A stretch of DNA of 32,000 bases from Desulfocapsa sulfexigens DSM 10523 (GTDB taxonomy: Bacteria > Desulfobacterota > Desulfobulbia > Desulfobulbales > Desulfocapsaceae). Below, piece after piece: positions 17,607 through 26,297 of the stretch. How positions within the stretch are numbered: position 1 is the stretch's first letter; every line of letters starts with the position of its first letter. Under the pieces are notes generated by a model. That model ran no database searches, was not told the DNA's origin, and was given only the letters and a program-made list of their open reading frames with translations. The stretch covers positions 1,530,001 to 1,562,000 of the forward strand of contig NC_020304.1 in assembly GCF_000341395.1 (NCBI RefSeq). The letters run 5' to 3'. Made by a program: the position numbers and the translations under genes.

Positions 17607-19004
17607 ATGTTTGTAAAAAAGAGCCAAAAGGAACTGGAAGATCACGCCAACATACAGCCGACTTACGGCTCAAGAACAATGAGGGAAGAGATTCCAAAAT
17701 ATGAGCTCCCAGATGAGGGGATGCCGCCGACCGCTGCCTATAACATTATCCATGATGAACTGGCATTAGACGGAAACTCACGACTGAACCTTGCCACTTT
17801 TGTCACAACCTGGATGGAACCTGAAGCGCGTCAGTTGATGACGGAAACCTTCGACAAGAACATGATTGATAAGGATGAGTACCCGCAGACTGCAGAAATT
17901 GAATTGCGCTGCGTCAACATCCTGTCACGCCTGTGGAGCTCACCCGAGGGAGAAGAGGCTGTGGGGTGTTCAACAATTGGATCCAGCGAAGCTGCAATGC
18001 TTGCCGGAATGGCACTGAAGAGAAAATGGAAGCACCGCATGCAGGCAGCAGGCAAACCGACTGACAAACCAAATTTCATCATGGGAAGAAATGTTCAGGT
18101 ATGCTGGGAAAAATTCTGCAACTACTGGGAAGTGGAACCTCGTTTTGTCATGGCCGAAGGTAATAGCTTCAATCTCCGTCCCGAGGATGCCATAGAACTC
18201 TGCGATGAAAACACCATCGGTGTACTGGCGATTATGGGGTCCACTTTTGATGGAAGCTATGAACCTGTGGCAGAGTTAAATGCTGCTCTGGATGCGTTCT
18301 ACGAAAAGAGCGGTCTCGATATTCCTATTCATGTTGATGCTGCCAGCGGAGGTTTCGTAGCTCCCTTTCTTCAGCCTGAACTGATGTGGGATTTTCGGGT
18401 GCCGCGAGTGAAATCAATAAATGTGTCTGGCCACAAATACGGACTTGTCTATCCCGGCGTGGGATGGGCAATCTGGCGGGACAAAAAGGAACTGCCGGAG
18501 GAATTAATTTTCCACTGTGACTACCTGGGGGGGGACCTTCCCAACTTTGCCCTCAACTTTTCCCGGCCCGGAAATCAGGTGATAGCACAGTACTACAATT
18601 TTTTACGCCTTGGCCTTGATGGATACACAGCTATCCAGGAAACCTGTCGTGAGATCGCTCTTTTTCTGTCATCGAATATTGCGAAAATTGGACCTTTTGA
18701 ACTCATAAGTAAAGGTGATACCATCCCTGTATTTGCCTGGAAACTCAAAGATCATTTTGCTGATACTGCAAACTTCAGCCTTTTTGATCTTGCCGAAAGG
18801 CTCCGCTACAATGGCTGGCTGGTACCCGCCTACAGAATGCCGGAAAACAGGAAAGACCTTATCGTTCAACGCATTGTTGTAAAAGAAGGGTTCAGTCGTG
18901 ATATGGCCGGTGCCCTCCTTGCTGATATACAAAAACATGTGCAATGGTTTGCCGATCATCCCGGTTTTAACAGGACAATGGAAGGCAAACAGTTCTCACA
19001 TTAA
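17607..19004 (+). CDS. gadB: Glutamate decarboxylase (PLP-dependent, group II)
   Basis: 465 aa. IHDELALDGNSRLNLATFVTTWMEPEARQLMTETFDKNMIDKDEYPQTAEIE, IHVDAASGGFVAPF, SINVSGHKYGLVYPGVGWAIWR (PLP Lys), HPGFNRTMEGKQFSH C-terminus. RBS-like AAGGAAAAA upstream. Confidence 0.95.
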   Translation: MFVKKSQKELEDHANIQPTYGSRTMREEIPKYELPDEGMPPTAAYNIIHDELALDGNSRLNLATFVTTWMEPEARQLMTETFDKNMIDKDEYPQTAEIELRCVNILSRLWSSPEGEEAVGCSTIGSSEAAMLAGMALKRKWKHRMQAAGKPTDKPNFIMGRNVQVCWEKFCNYWEVEPRFVMAEGNSFNLRPEDAIELCDENTIGVLAIMGSTFDGSYEPVAELNAALDAFYEKSGLDIPIHVDAASGGFVAPFLQPELMWDFRVPRVKSINVSGHKYGLVYPGVGWAIWRDKKELPEELIFHCDYLGGDLPNFALNFSRPGNQVIAQYYNFLRLGLDGYTAIQETCREIALFLSSNIAKIGPFELISKGDTIPVFAWKLKDHFADTANFSLFDLAERLRYNGWLVPAYRMPENRKDLIVQRIVVKEGFSRDMAGALLADIQKHVQWFADHPGFNRTMEGKQFSH

Positions 19005-19024
19005 ATACATTCCAGGGAAACTTC

Positions 19025-19972
19025 ATGATTATAAATACCTATATAAAAGAGAATGCCCCAGGCACGGGTAATGGTATTCGCCTGGCCGTATATCAGGGAA
19101 AAGGCCCGGCAGGGACTCCAGAAGCAATCCGACATAATACGGACCAGCTTGAACAAGTGGTTCGCACAGCCAGACAGTTCAATGCTCAATTGATCAGCTT
19201 TCCGGAGCTCTATCTTAGCGGTTACGCTATCACACCAGAGACAGCTCAGGAATTGGCAATGGAAACAGCTGGTCCAGAGCTTGCTAAGGTGGCTGAAATT
19301 GCAAAAGCAAATGATATAACTATTATCTGCCCCTACCCTGAAAAAGCAACAGTTGGCGGAAAAACCAGATACTATGATTCCATCGCAGTGTTTGATATAA
19401 ATGGATTTCTTCTTAAAAATTATAGAAAGACCCATCTCTGGGGACCGGATGAAAAGAAAATCTGGAACATTGGCTACGAGTTGGAGGAAGAAGGAGAGGC
19501 CTATTCGGTTTTCTTAGTGAATGATTTTCCTGTTGCAGTTCTTAACTGTTATGAAGCTGAATTTCCCGAGCTTGCAAGGATACTGGCTCTAAAAGGGGCA
19601 AAGTTGATTGTCATTCCAACGGCCGCTGATGAATCTACGGTTCTATCCAGTGGAAAATGGACAACAACACCCTATCCAGACGTTTCAAAAACCCTGATTC
19701 CTGCACATGCGTATGAAAACAATATTTTCATTTCGTACAGTAACAGATGTCAGGAAGAAACTTTAAAAGGGAAAATCGTAGGAAAATATCTTGGCAACAG
19801 TATGATTGCCAATTGTCACGGTGAGCTGATGGTTGCAGCTAAAAACGAAGTGACCCTTCTTCTTGCAGATTGCATACCTGCAAACTATGGCCCGACTCAT
19901 CCCGAGAACACCGATTATTTGAAAGACAGACGGGCCTCTCTCTACAGGGAACTGGTGAAAACAACGGAATAA
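19025..19972 (+). CDS. Carbon-nitrogen hydrolase (nitrilase/amidase superfamily)
   Basis: 315 aa with the Glu-Lys-Cys triad motifs ISFPELYLSGY, KNYRKTHLWGPDEK and AVLNCYEAEFPELARILALKGAKLIVIPTA. Confidence 0.9.
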   Translation: MIINTYIKENAPGTGNGIRLAVYQGKGPAGTPEAIRHNTDQLEQVVRTARQFNAQLISFPELYLSGYAITPETAQELAMETAGPELAKVAEIAKANDITIICPYPEKATVGGKTRYYDSIAVFDINGFLLKNYRKTHLWGPDEKKIWNIGYELEEEGEAYSVFLVNDFPVAVLNCYEAEFPELARILALKGAKLIVIPTAADESTVLSSGKWTTTPYPDVSKTLIPAHAYENNIFISYSNRCQEETLKGKIVGKYLGNSMIANCHGELMVAAKNEVTLLLADCIPANYGPTHPENTDYLKDRRASLYRELVKTTE

Positions 19973-20057
19973 GCTATGCCAGATGGCTCCATCTTTCCCC
20001 CTGACTTGAAAAGAAAGTATCGTCCACAACCTTTATCACTCAACACACTCAACTCAG

Positions 20058-20879
20058 TTATTTGTCGTGGGGTGTTGGAATTGTATCAAATTCGTAGTGA
20101 AGAAGATCGGTCTCCAGCCAACCTTCAGTTAATAAAGATTTGTAGCCGAGCAGAAATTTGATCGTCTCTGCGGCCTGTATGGATGCAACAAGGGAAACAG
20201 TCATGGGGAGTACCTGGGGAGGTATGCCTGAGTCTGTTTTTTTTGGATAGAGTCTGCTGATAAGTTTGTTCGATATCTGATCGATGCCAGCGTGACCGTA
20301 CCACTCCTTTACTGCTCCGTGAACTAGGGGGATGCCTTGTCTTTGGCAGAGTGTGGAGAGTTCTTTTCGTGCCTTCGTTGAGTCCAGGGCATCGATTGCG
20401 ATATCTGCGGTTTTTATTGCAATAGGGGTGAATTCGCAGTTGTGAAGCGTGGTTTTTAGTACGGGATTGATTTTCTGTAACTCTCGGCCCACGATATCAA
20501 CTTTGCTGCAGCCAAGGGTTTCAGTGCTACAGAAAATCTGACGGTTGAGATTTGATTCGGAAAAAACGTCAGGATCCGTGAGGATGAGGTGACCGATGCC
20601 AAGCCTCGCAAGCAGTTCAGCCGTTCTGCCTCCCAGGCCGCCGCAGCCGATAATAGCCACCCTGGATTGAAACAACCTGAGCTGCTCCCGGCAACTCAGG
20701 TTGTTTCGTTGAAAACGTGAAGGGGTGATGGAATGATCAAGCGCGAGCGTTTCGATATTGCGCAGCGAACAGTTATGCTTTTGAGCGATCTTCCAGGCGT
20801 CAGCAAGAGAGAGATGTGCATCTCGAGCATGCCGTTCTATGCTCCGAAGGATCTCGTTGCTGTCAGACTCAGCCACCAC
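20058..20879 (-). CDS. ThiF/MoeB/HesA-family adenylyltransferase (E1-like) associated with AOR
   Basis: 273 aa. VAIIGCGGLGGRTAELLARLGIGHLILTDPDVFSESNLNRQIF (GxGGLG plus D.D.V..SNLNRQ), IAIDALDS. GTG start overlapping the upstream moaD-like stop. Confidence 0.9.
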   Translation of the reverse strand: MVAESDSNEILRSIERHARDAHLSLADAWKIAQKHNCSLRNIETLALDHSITPSRFQRNNLSCREQLRLFQSRVAIIGCGGLGGRTAELLARLGIGHLILTDPDVFSESNLNRQIFCSTETLGCSKVDIVGRELQKINPVLKTTLHNCEFTPIAIKTADIAIDALDSTKARKELSTLCQRQGIPLVHGAVKEWYGHAGIDQISNKLISRLYPKKTDSGIPPQVLPMTVSLVASIQAAETIKFLLGYKSLLTEGWLETDLLHYEFDTIPTPHDK

Positions 20880-21093
20880 CGATTACCGGAAATATTGCAT
20901 AAATATCTCCTTCATGGAGAACGGTTTCGAATGTGCAGTGACGGGAGTTGACCATCAGCACGCCAACCTCTTCCCGGTCAATAGAAAGGTCATCGACAAT
21001 TTTACCGGCGGTGGTGCCTTCGGGAAGCTCTTTGTCTTCTTTAATGAAACGGCCTTCTCGAAAAAAGGCAAAGAGCTTTACCTGTACCCGCAT
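20869..21093 (-). CDS. MoaD/ThiS-like small beta-grasp sulfur-carrier protein
   Basis: 74 aa ending in ...GDIYAIFPVIGGG with the characteristic C-terminal GG. AGKIVDDLSIDREEVGVLMVNSRH matches the MoaD pattern. Sits between aor and thiF-like genes. Confidence 0.82.
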   Translation of the reverse strand: MRVQVKLFAFFREGRFIKEDKELPEGTTAGKIVDDLSIDREEVGVLMVNSRHCTFETVLHEGDIYAIFPVIGGG

Positions 21094-21102
21094 GGGAATA
21101 TC

Positions 21103-22830
21103 CTAGAAATTCCAGAAGGTGTCGATTTCCTCACCGGTGAAATCCCATACTGCATTGTGCGGCGTAACGGGCTCAATCTCAAAAAATTCCGGTAATCTGT
21201 CATCAAGATTGGTAAATCCGGCGGCCGTGTTAAATGCATGCTCGGTCTTCAGGATAGTCATGCCAAGATTGGTAACATCGTTTGCGGTGAGGTTGATTCC
21301 AAAACGGGCATTGATCATATCAATGAGTGACGGCAGGCAGGTACTATCATCGAGTGCTGCAAATGCAATAAAGAGACACATGCCTGTGGAGTCAATGGCA
21401 GCTGTCGCAATCTGCAGATTGCGGGAGAGTTCCACCTGGCCTTCTTTGGAAAGAGGGTCGGCTTTTCCTCCAACGCCAAGAATTTCTGTGGCAATGGTAT
21501 AGCCCATGGTGTGATCCGCGCCCTGAGTGGAGGTGGCATAGGTGACGCCGATGCCTTTAATGGCGCGGGGGTCGTATGCAGGGATTGCTTGATTTTTCAC
21601 CACAGGGACCCGTGTTATGCCGTATGTCCGGCCAACGTTGCCCGCACCGTTGCCGATGACACGGCCAAGAGGGCTACCCTTGGCAATCTCTTCTGTCATG
21701 ATGCGGATCATTTCGTTGCTGTCACCAAACGCAAGGACACCGGCTTCCATGGCTACACCAAAGGCCACGGCAGTTTCGATGGTGTCAAGTCCGATATCAT
21801 CAAGAATATGATCCATCTCGGCGATTTGATCCAGGTTGTCAATGGTGCAGTCGGCACCCATAGCCCATATGGATTCGTACTCAATACCGGATGTTTTGTA
21901 GTTCCCTTTGATGTCGTTATAAATTTGAGAACACTGGATCACGCAGCCTGCGTGACAGCCATGCTTTGGCTTGCCACCGCGTTCAACTATGAGGTCATGC
22001 ATGGTTTCACCTGAAATCTGCTCATGTCCCTCAAACTGTCCCTGGCTGAAGTTTTTGGTAGGAAGTCCACCAGCTTCATTGATGATGTTAACCAGAACAT
22101 TGGTGCCGTAGGTCCCAAGAGCTTGACTTACAGGATGGTCAACCAGTGCTTTGGTGAATGTTTTGTTAGCTGCTTTGAATGCTTCAGGGTCTGCGATTTC
22201 AACCTTGGCATCTCCTGAGTCAAGTGCGATAAATTTAATCTTTTTGGAACCCATGACAGCTCCAAGGCCACCGCGTCCCAGAGAACGGATATGGCTGTCG
22301 GGATCTTTTATAGAGATATTGGCTGCAGCCATCTGCATCTCACCGCCCTGACCAATGGAGATTACACCAATTTTATCAGAGAATCTTTTTTCAACATCCT
22401 CCACTACAGCAAAGTTGCCCTTGCCGACCAACTTTTCTTCCTTGCTAATTGTGATTTCACCAGGCTTGAGGCTGATTGAATACCAGCTGTCATCTTGAGG
22501 CTGACCTTCAATGATAAGTGCTTTGCAGCCAATTCTTGCAAGTTTCTGTGCGGATGTGCCGCCTGCGTTGGCTTCTTTGATTGTTCCGGTCAATGGACTT
22601 TTGGCTCCGGCAGAAATACGGCCGGAGTTAGAAGCTGTAGTACCAGACAGTAATCCTGGGGCAAAAACCAGTTTGTTGTTTGGTCCCAGGGGATGACAGG
22701 TGGGAGGAACCTCAGCGGCCACGATGGTAGATGTGAGTCCGCGACCTCCATGACCGGCCCATTCAGCAGGGACGTCTTCAATGGAAGTGGAAAGATCCGT
22801 CATATTTACGCGAAAAATTTTGTCAGCCAT
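21103..22830 (-). CDS. aor: Aldehyde:ferredoxin oxidoreductase (tungsto-pterin enzyme)
   Basis: 575 aa. KIFRVNMTDLSTSIEDVP..WAGHGGRGLTSTIVAAEVPP; NKLVFAPGLLSGTTASNSGRISAGAKSPLTG; Fe-S cysteines HGCHAGCVIQC plus a later GMCLF. Confidence 0.93.
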   Translation of the reverse strand: MADKIFRVNMTDLSTSIEDVPAEWAGHGGRGLTSTIVAAEVPPTCHPLGPNNKLVFAPGLLSGTTASNSGRISAGAKSPLTGTIKEANAGGTSAQKLARIGCKALIIEGQPQDDSWYSISLKPGEITISKEEKLVGKGNFAVVEDVEKRFSDKIGVISIGQGGEMQMAAANISIKDPDSHIRSLGRGGLGAVMGSKKIKFIALDSGDAKVEIADPEAFKAANKTFTKALVDHPVSQALGTYGTNVLVNIINEAGGLPTKNFSQGQFEGHEQISGETMHDLIVERGGKPKHGCHAGCVIQCSQIYNDIKGNYKTSGIEYESIWAMGADCTIDNLDQIAEMDHILDDIGLDTIETAVAFGVAMEAGVLAFGDSNEMIRIMTEEIAKGSPLGRVIGNGAGNVGRTYGITRVPVVKNQAIPAYDPRAIKGIGVTYATSTQGADHTMGYTIATEILGVGGKADPLSKEGQVELSRNLQIATAAIDSTGMCLFIAFAALDDSTCLPSLIDMINARFGINLTANDVTNLGMTILKTEHAFNTAAGFTNLDDRLPEFFEIEPVTPHNAVWDFTGEEIDTFWNF

Positions 22831-22862
22831 GGTGTCTCCTCAGGGTAAATGATAATGAAAAT

Positions 22863-22882
22863 TATAATCTCAATAGATTATA
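22863..22882. promoter_or_regulatory. 8-bp palindrome overlapping a TATAAT-like -10 upstream of aor; candidate operator
   Basis: TATAATCT CAAT AGATTATA, centred about 43 bp upstream of the aor start; on the minus strand the first arm contains TATAAT. Confidence 0.35.
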
Positions 22883-23064
22883 GATTCTTCCATTAAAAGA
22901 GCAAGAAGTATTCGACTGAAACTGCTATTTGACAATTTGTTGGCGATCAGTAGACTAAAAGTATGAGTTAGCGTACCACACTGTTCAGGGGAGGAGTCTT
23001 TTAGGAATGCTGAACTGCACCCTCTCCTACTATCTTTTAGAGTTCCGCTTTTTCAGGACTTTCA

Positions 23065-25848
23065 ATGAATAAACAAAGACATTTAACGAAAACGGTTCGA
23101 ATGCACCTGTGGCTTCTGTCGTCTCTGTTAGTTATCGTTCTTGGCTATTTATGGGTGGACACTGAAATTAAACAGGCAGATCGTAATGGACTGAAGATTC
23201 GAGAGATGTTTTTAGGGCAACAAAAAGAGATTCTTCAAAACGACGTTGAGCATGCAGCTGCCCATATTGCTTACATGAGAGGTCAGCTCGAAAAGCGTGT
23301 GCAGATTGAGGTGAAGGCACGAACTGAAGAGGCATACGAAACCGCTCTGTATCTTTACGAACAACATAAAGCCACAAAGAGTCTTTTAGAAATTGGACAA
23401 ATTATTCATGATGCCCTGTATGCAGCAAGCTGGGATGATGGGAGAGGCTATTATTTTGCGGAGGACATGCAGGGAAATGAACTTGTAAACCGCAATAATC
23501 CCGAGTTAGAGGGAACAAATATTATTGATGTTCAGGATAAGGTCGGGACCTACATTATGCGGGAGATTCTTGCCGTGGCGCGTTCGGAACAGCAAGAGGG
23601 CTTTTGTACTTATTTCTGGAATAAGCCAGAAGATCCGGGAGTTCTGATCCGTAAGATCTCTTATGTTAAATATTTCGAGCCCCTGGATTGGGTGATCGGC
23701 AATGGCGTATATATTGATGATGAAGAAGAGGAGATCAAAAAAGAGGTTCTTGACTGGTTGGAGGAGAGCAAGGATCTCTTCGTCAGCTATCTCTTTGTTG
23801 GAACCGTGGAAGGTGATATTCTTTCCGGGCCCGGAAAGGGTGAAAATATGTGGGATGTGACTGATTCCAACGGCTTTAAAGTAGTACAGGCGCTCGTTCA
23901 GAAAGCGCTTGATGGTGGAGGCTTTGTTAAATATGTGATGCCTAAGCTGGAAGGAGAAAGGCCTGCTCCGAAATTGAGTTATGCTACTTTGATTCCGGAC
24001 TGGCAGTGGTATATGGGAACTGGAGTTTATATTGATTATATTGAAAATGAAATACTGGAGGAACAGAAAGCTTCCAGCGAAGTTGTCAAAAAAATTATAA
24101 TCCAGGTTGTTCTGGTTCTTTGTTGTTTTTTGTTCCTCTCCCTGTTGTTGTCCTGGGCTCTTACTGCCAAAATGAAAAAAAACTTGGATCTGTTTCTGGA
24201 ATTTTTTAATAAATCAGCTTCGGAAGAATTGATCATTCCAGCCGATAAGGTGAATTTTCTTGAGTTTCAATCTCTTGCGTTGACAGCTAATCAAATGGCA
24301 AGGGATAGGCAAAGGGCCTGGGACAACCTGAGTGCAGAACAGGAACGGCTTGCAGTTACCCTGGAGAGTATAGGTGATGGTGTGATGACCACCGATACAG
24401 ATGGACGAGTTGTTCTGTTAAACAGAGTTGCCGAGGCCCTCACTGGATGGACCAAGGAAGCCGCAGCAGGAAAACCCTCCACTGAGGTGTTTCATATTGT
24501 CAATGAAAAAACAGGGAAGAAATGCCAAAGCCCTATACAGCTGGTGTTGGAATCCGGTAAAATCGTAGGGTTTGCCAATCCAACAGCCCTCATTGCAAAA
24601 AACGGCACCATTCGATCCATTGCTGACAGCGCTGCTCCAATTCGCGATAGAGATGGTAATGTTATAGGAGTTGTCCTGGTGTTTCAGGATGTTACCAATG
24701 AAAGGAAAATGGAAAATGAGTTGCTTAAAATTAGAAAACTTGAATCCGTTGGCGTACTTGCCGGTGGTATTGCCCATGATTTCAATAATATCTTATCCGC
24801 GATTCTTGGTAATGTAGAATTGGCAGCCTACCGAATTGCTGAAGAGGATGTCGGGACGGCTACTCTGCTTTCCGATGCTAAGAAAGCGACAAGAAGGGCG
24901 ACTAAGCTTACCAGTCAGTTACTTACCTTTTCCAAAGGTGGAGATCCTGTCAAAGAGGAAACCTCTCTAGCGTCACTTATTACAGAATCTGCAGGCTTTG
25001 TGCTTCATGGCAGTAAGGTAGTGTGTGACTATAGTTTTCCTGAGGATCTTTGGAATGTCGATGTTGATAGCGGACAGATTGGTCAGGTTGTTCAGAATAT
25101 CATCATAAATGCTAAACAGGCCATGCCCGAAGGCGGTACAATTTTTATTGAATGTTCCAATGTGTATGATGTCGTTGAAGAAAAACTCTTAAATGTGACT
25201 ATGGGTGACTATGTCTGTGTACGTATCCAGGATTCAGGAACAGGGATCTCAAAAGAAATTATTGATAAGGTGTTTGATCCTTATTTCACAACGAAGCAGG
25301 GAGGTAGCGGGCTCGGCCTTGCAATCTGTCATTCCATTGTCAATAAACACAGTGGGTACCTCACCGTCAATTCCATTGCAGATAAAGGGAGCATCTTTAC
25401 TCTATACCTTCCTGCCATGCACTTCACAAAAGAAAATAGAGCAGAAAAGGCTGAGGAAAAGCTCAAGCCAGCTGAGGCCGTTAGAGTGATGGTAATGGAT
25501 GATGAAAAAATGCTGCTGGATGTTGCGAAAGCACAGTTGAGTGTTCTTGGTCATGAGCCTGTCCTGGTAAGTGATGGTGCCGAGGCAATCTCTGTGTATA
25601 AGGAGATGAAGGCGCTTGGTACTCCCGTTGATATTGTTATTATGGATTTGACTATTCCCGGGGGAATGGGTGGGCAGGAAGCCGCAGAAAGGCTTCTGCA
25701 GATCGATCCTGGCGCGAAAATTATCGTTTCCAGTGGTTATTCAAATGATCCGATAATGGCTGAATACAAAAAATATGGATTCTGCTGCGCCATCGCCAAA
25801 CCTTTTGACTTAAAGGAACTGGGGGATGCTATAGCTGCTTCTTGCTGA
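23065..25848 (+). CDS. Hybrid sensor histidine kinase: N-terminal TM, tandem Cache domains, PAS, HisKA, HATPase_c, C-terminal REC
   Basis: 927 aa. Two Cache-like repeats (...LDWVIGNGVYIDDEEEEIKKEV and ...WQWYMGTGVYIDYIENEILEEQ), PAS (LESIGDGVMTTDTDGRVVLLNRVAEALTGW), GIAHDFNNIL, VVQNIIINAKQAMPEGG, GSGLGLAIC, REC VMVMDDEKMLLD...IVIMDLTIPGGMGG...AKPF. Confidence 0.93.
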   Translation: MNKQRHLTKTVRMHLWLLSSLLVIVLGYLWVDTEIKQADRNGLKIREMFLGQQKEILQNDVEHAAAHIAYMRGQLEKRVQIEVKARTEEAYETALYLYEQHKATKSLLEIGQIIHDALYAASWDDGRGYYFAEDMQGNELVNRNNPELEGTNIIDVQDKVGTYIMREILAVARSEQQEGFCTYFWNKPEDPGVLIRKISYVKYFEPLDWVIGNGVYIDDEEEEIKKEVLDWLEESKDLFVSYLFVGTVEGDILSGPGKGENMWDVTDSNGFKVVQALVQKALDGGGFVKYVMPKLEGERPAPKLSYATLIPDWQWYMGTGVYIDYIENEILEEQKASSEVVKKIIIQVVLVLCCFLFLSLLLSWALTAKMKKNLDLFLEFFNKSASEELIIPADKVNFLEFQSLALTANQMARDRQRAWDNLSAEQERLAVTLESIGDGVMTTDTDGRVVLLNRVAEALTGWTKEAAAGKPSTEVFHIVNEKTGKKCQSPIQLVLESGKIVGFANPTALIAKNGTIRSIADSAAPIRDRDGNVIGVVLVFQDVTNERKMENELLKIRKLESVGVLAGGIAHDFNNILSAILGNVELAAYRIAEEDVGTATLLSDAKKATRRATKLTSQLLTFSKGGDPVKEETSLASLITESAGFVLHGSKVVCDYSFPEDLWNVDVDSGQIGQVVQNIIINAKQAMPEGGTIFIECSNVYDVVEEKLLNVTMGDYVCVRIQDSGTGISKEIIDKVFDPYFTTKQGGSGLGLAICHSIVNKHSGYLTVNSIADKGSIFTLYLPAMHFTKENRAEKAEEKLKPAEAVRVMVMDDEKMLLDVAKAQLSVLGHEPVLVSDGAEAISVYKEMKALGTPVDIVIMDLTIPGGMGGQEAAERLLQIDPGAKIIVSSGYSNDPIMAEYKKYGFCCAIAKPFDLKELGDAIAASC

Positions 25849-25884
25849 TATTACTGAAGTATTGTGCTCCTAGAGAAACGGGTT

Positions 25885-26187
25885 TCATCTATCTTTTTCT
25901 GAAGAAGTCCCGTGATCCTGCTTTCCGGAGGTTCCTTTTAACAGTTTCTCGCCAAGCTTCTTAAAGTTTATAATTGGTTTGTCTCCGGGGTTTAGGGAGC
26001 CTGTAACCCAGAGGAATGTATAGAGAATGCAGGTGACAACGGCAGCTCCTGATATGAAGTTGACCAGAGTTCGCTCCGTCAGGGTGGCGATGTTTCCCTG
26101 AACACGAGCTGTCATCGTAAGGAAGGCGATCAGGATTATTAGTGCAATACATGGAAATCTTTTAATAATTTTCCAGAATCTAGTCAT
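25885..26187 (-). CDS. Small hypothetical membrane protein (two TM helices)
   Basis: ORF track starts at 26211, but the internal ATG near 26187 is preceded by GAAGGAGA. MTRFWKIIKRFPCIALIILIAFLTMTARVQG...FISGAAVVTCILYTFLWVTG. No family recognised. Confidence 0.6.
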   Translation of the reverse strand: MTRFWKIIKRFPCIALIILIAFLTMTARVQGNIATLTERTLVNFISGAAVVTCILYTFLWVTGSLNPGDKPIINFKKLGEKLLKGTSGKQDHGTSSEKDR

Positions 26188-26297
26188 ATCATTCTCCTTC
26201 AATATATCCATTACTGGCTATGGTCATTCCATGGCCCGAGCATGTACTTCTCATAGAATATCTTCAGTGTTCAGTTTTTTCTATACTTGCCCAAATC

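Noticed and set aside
25849-25925. Possible short hairpin GAAACGGGTTTC followed by a T-rich stretch after the sensor kinase
   Set aside because: The stem is only 4-5 bp and the T-run is displaced, which is too weak to call a terminator.
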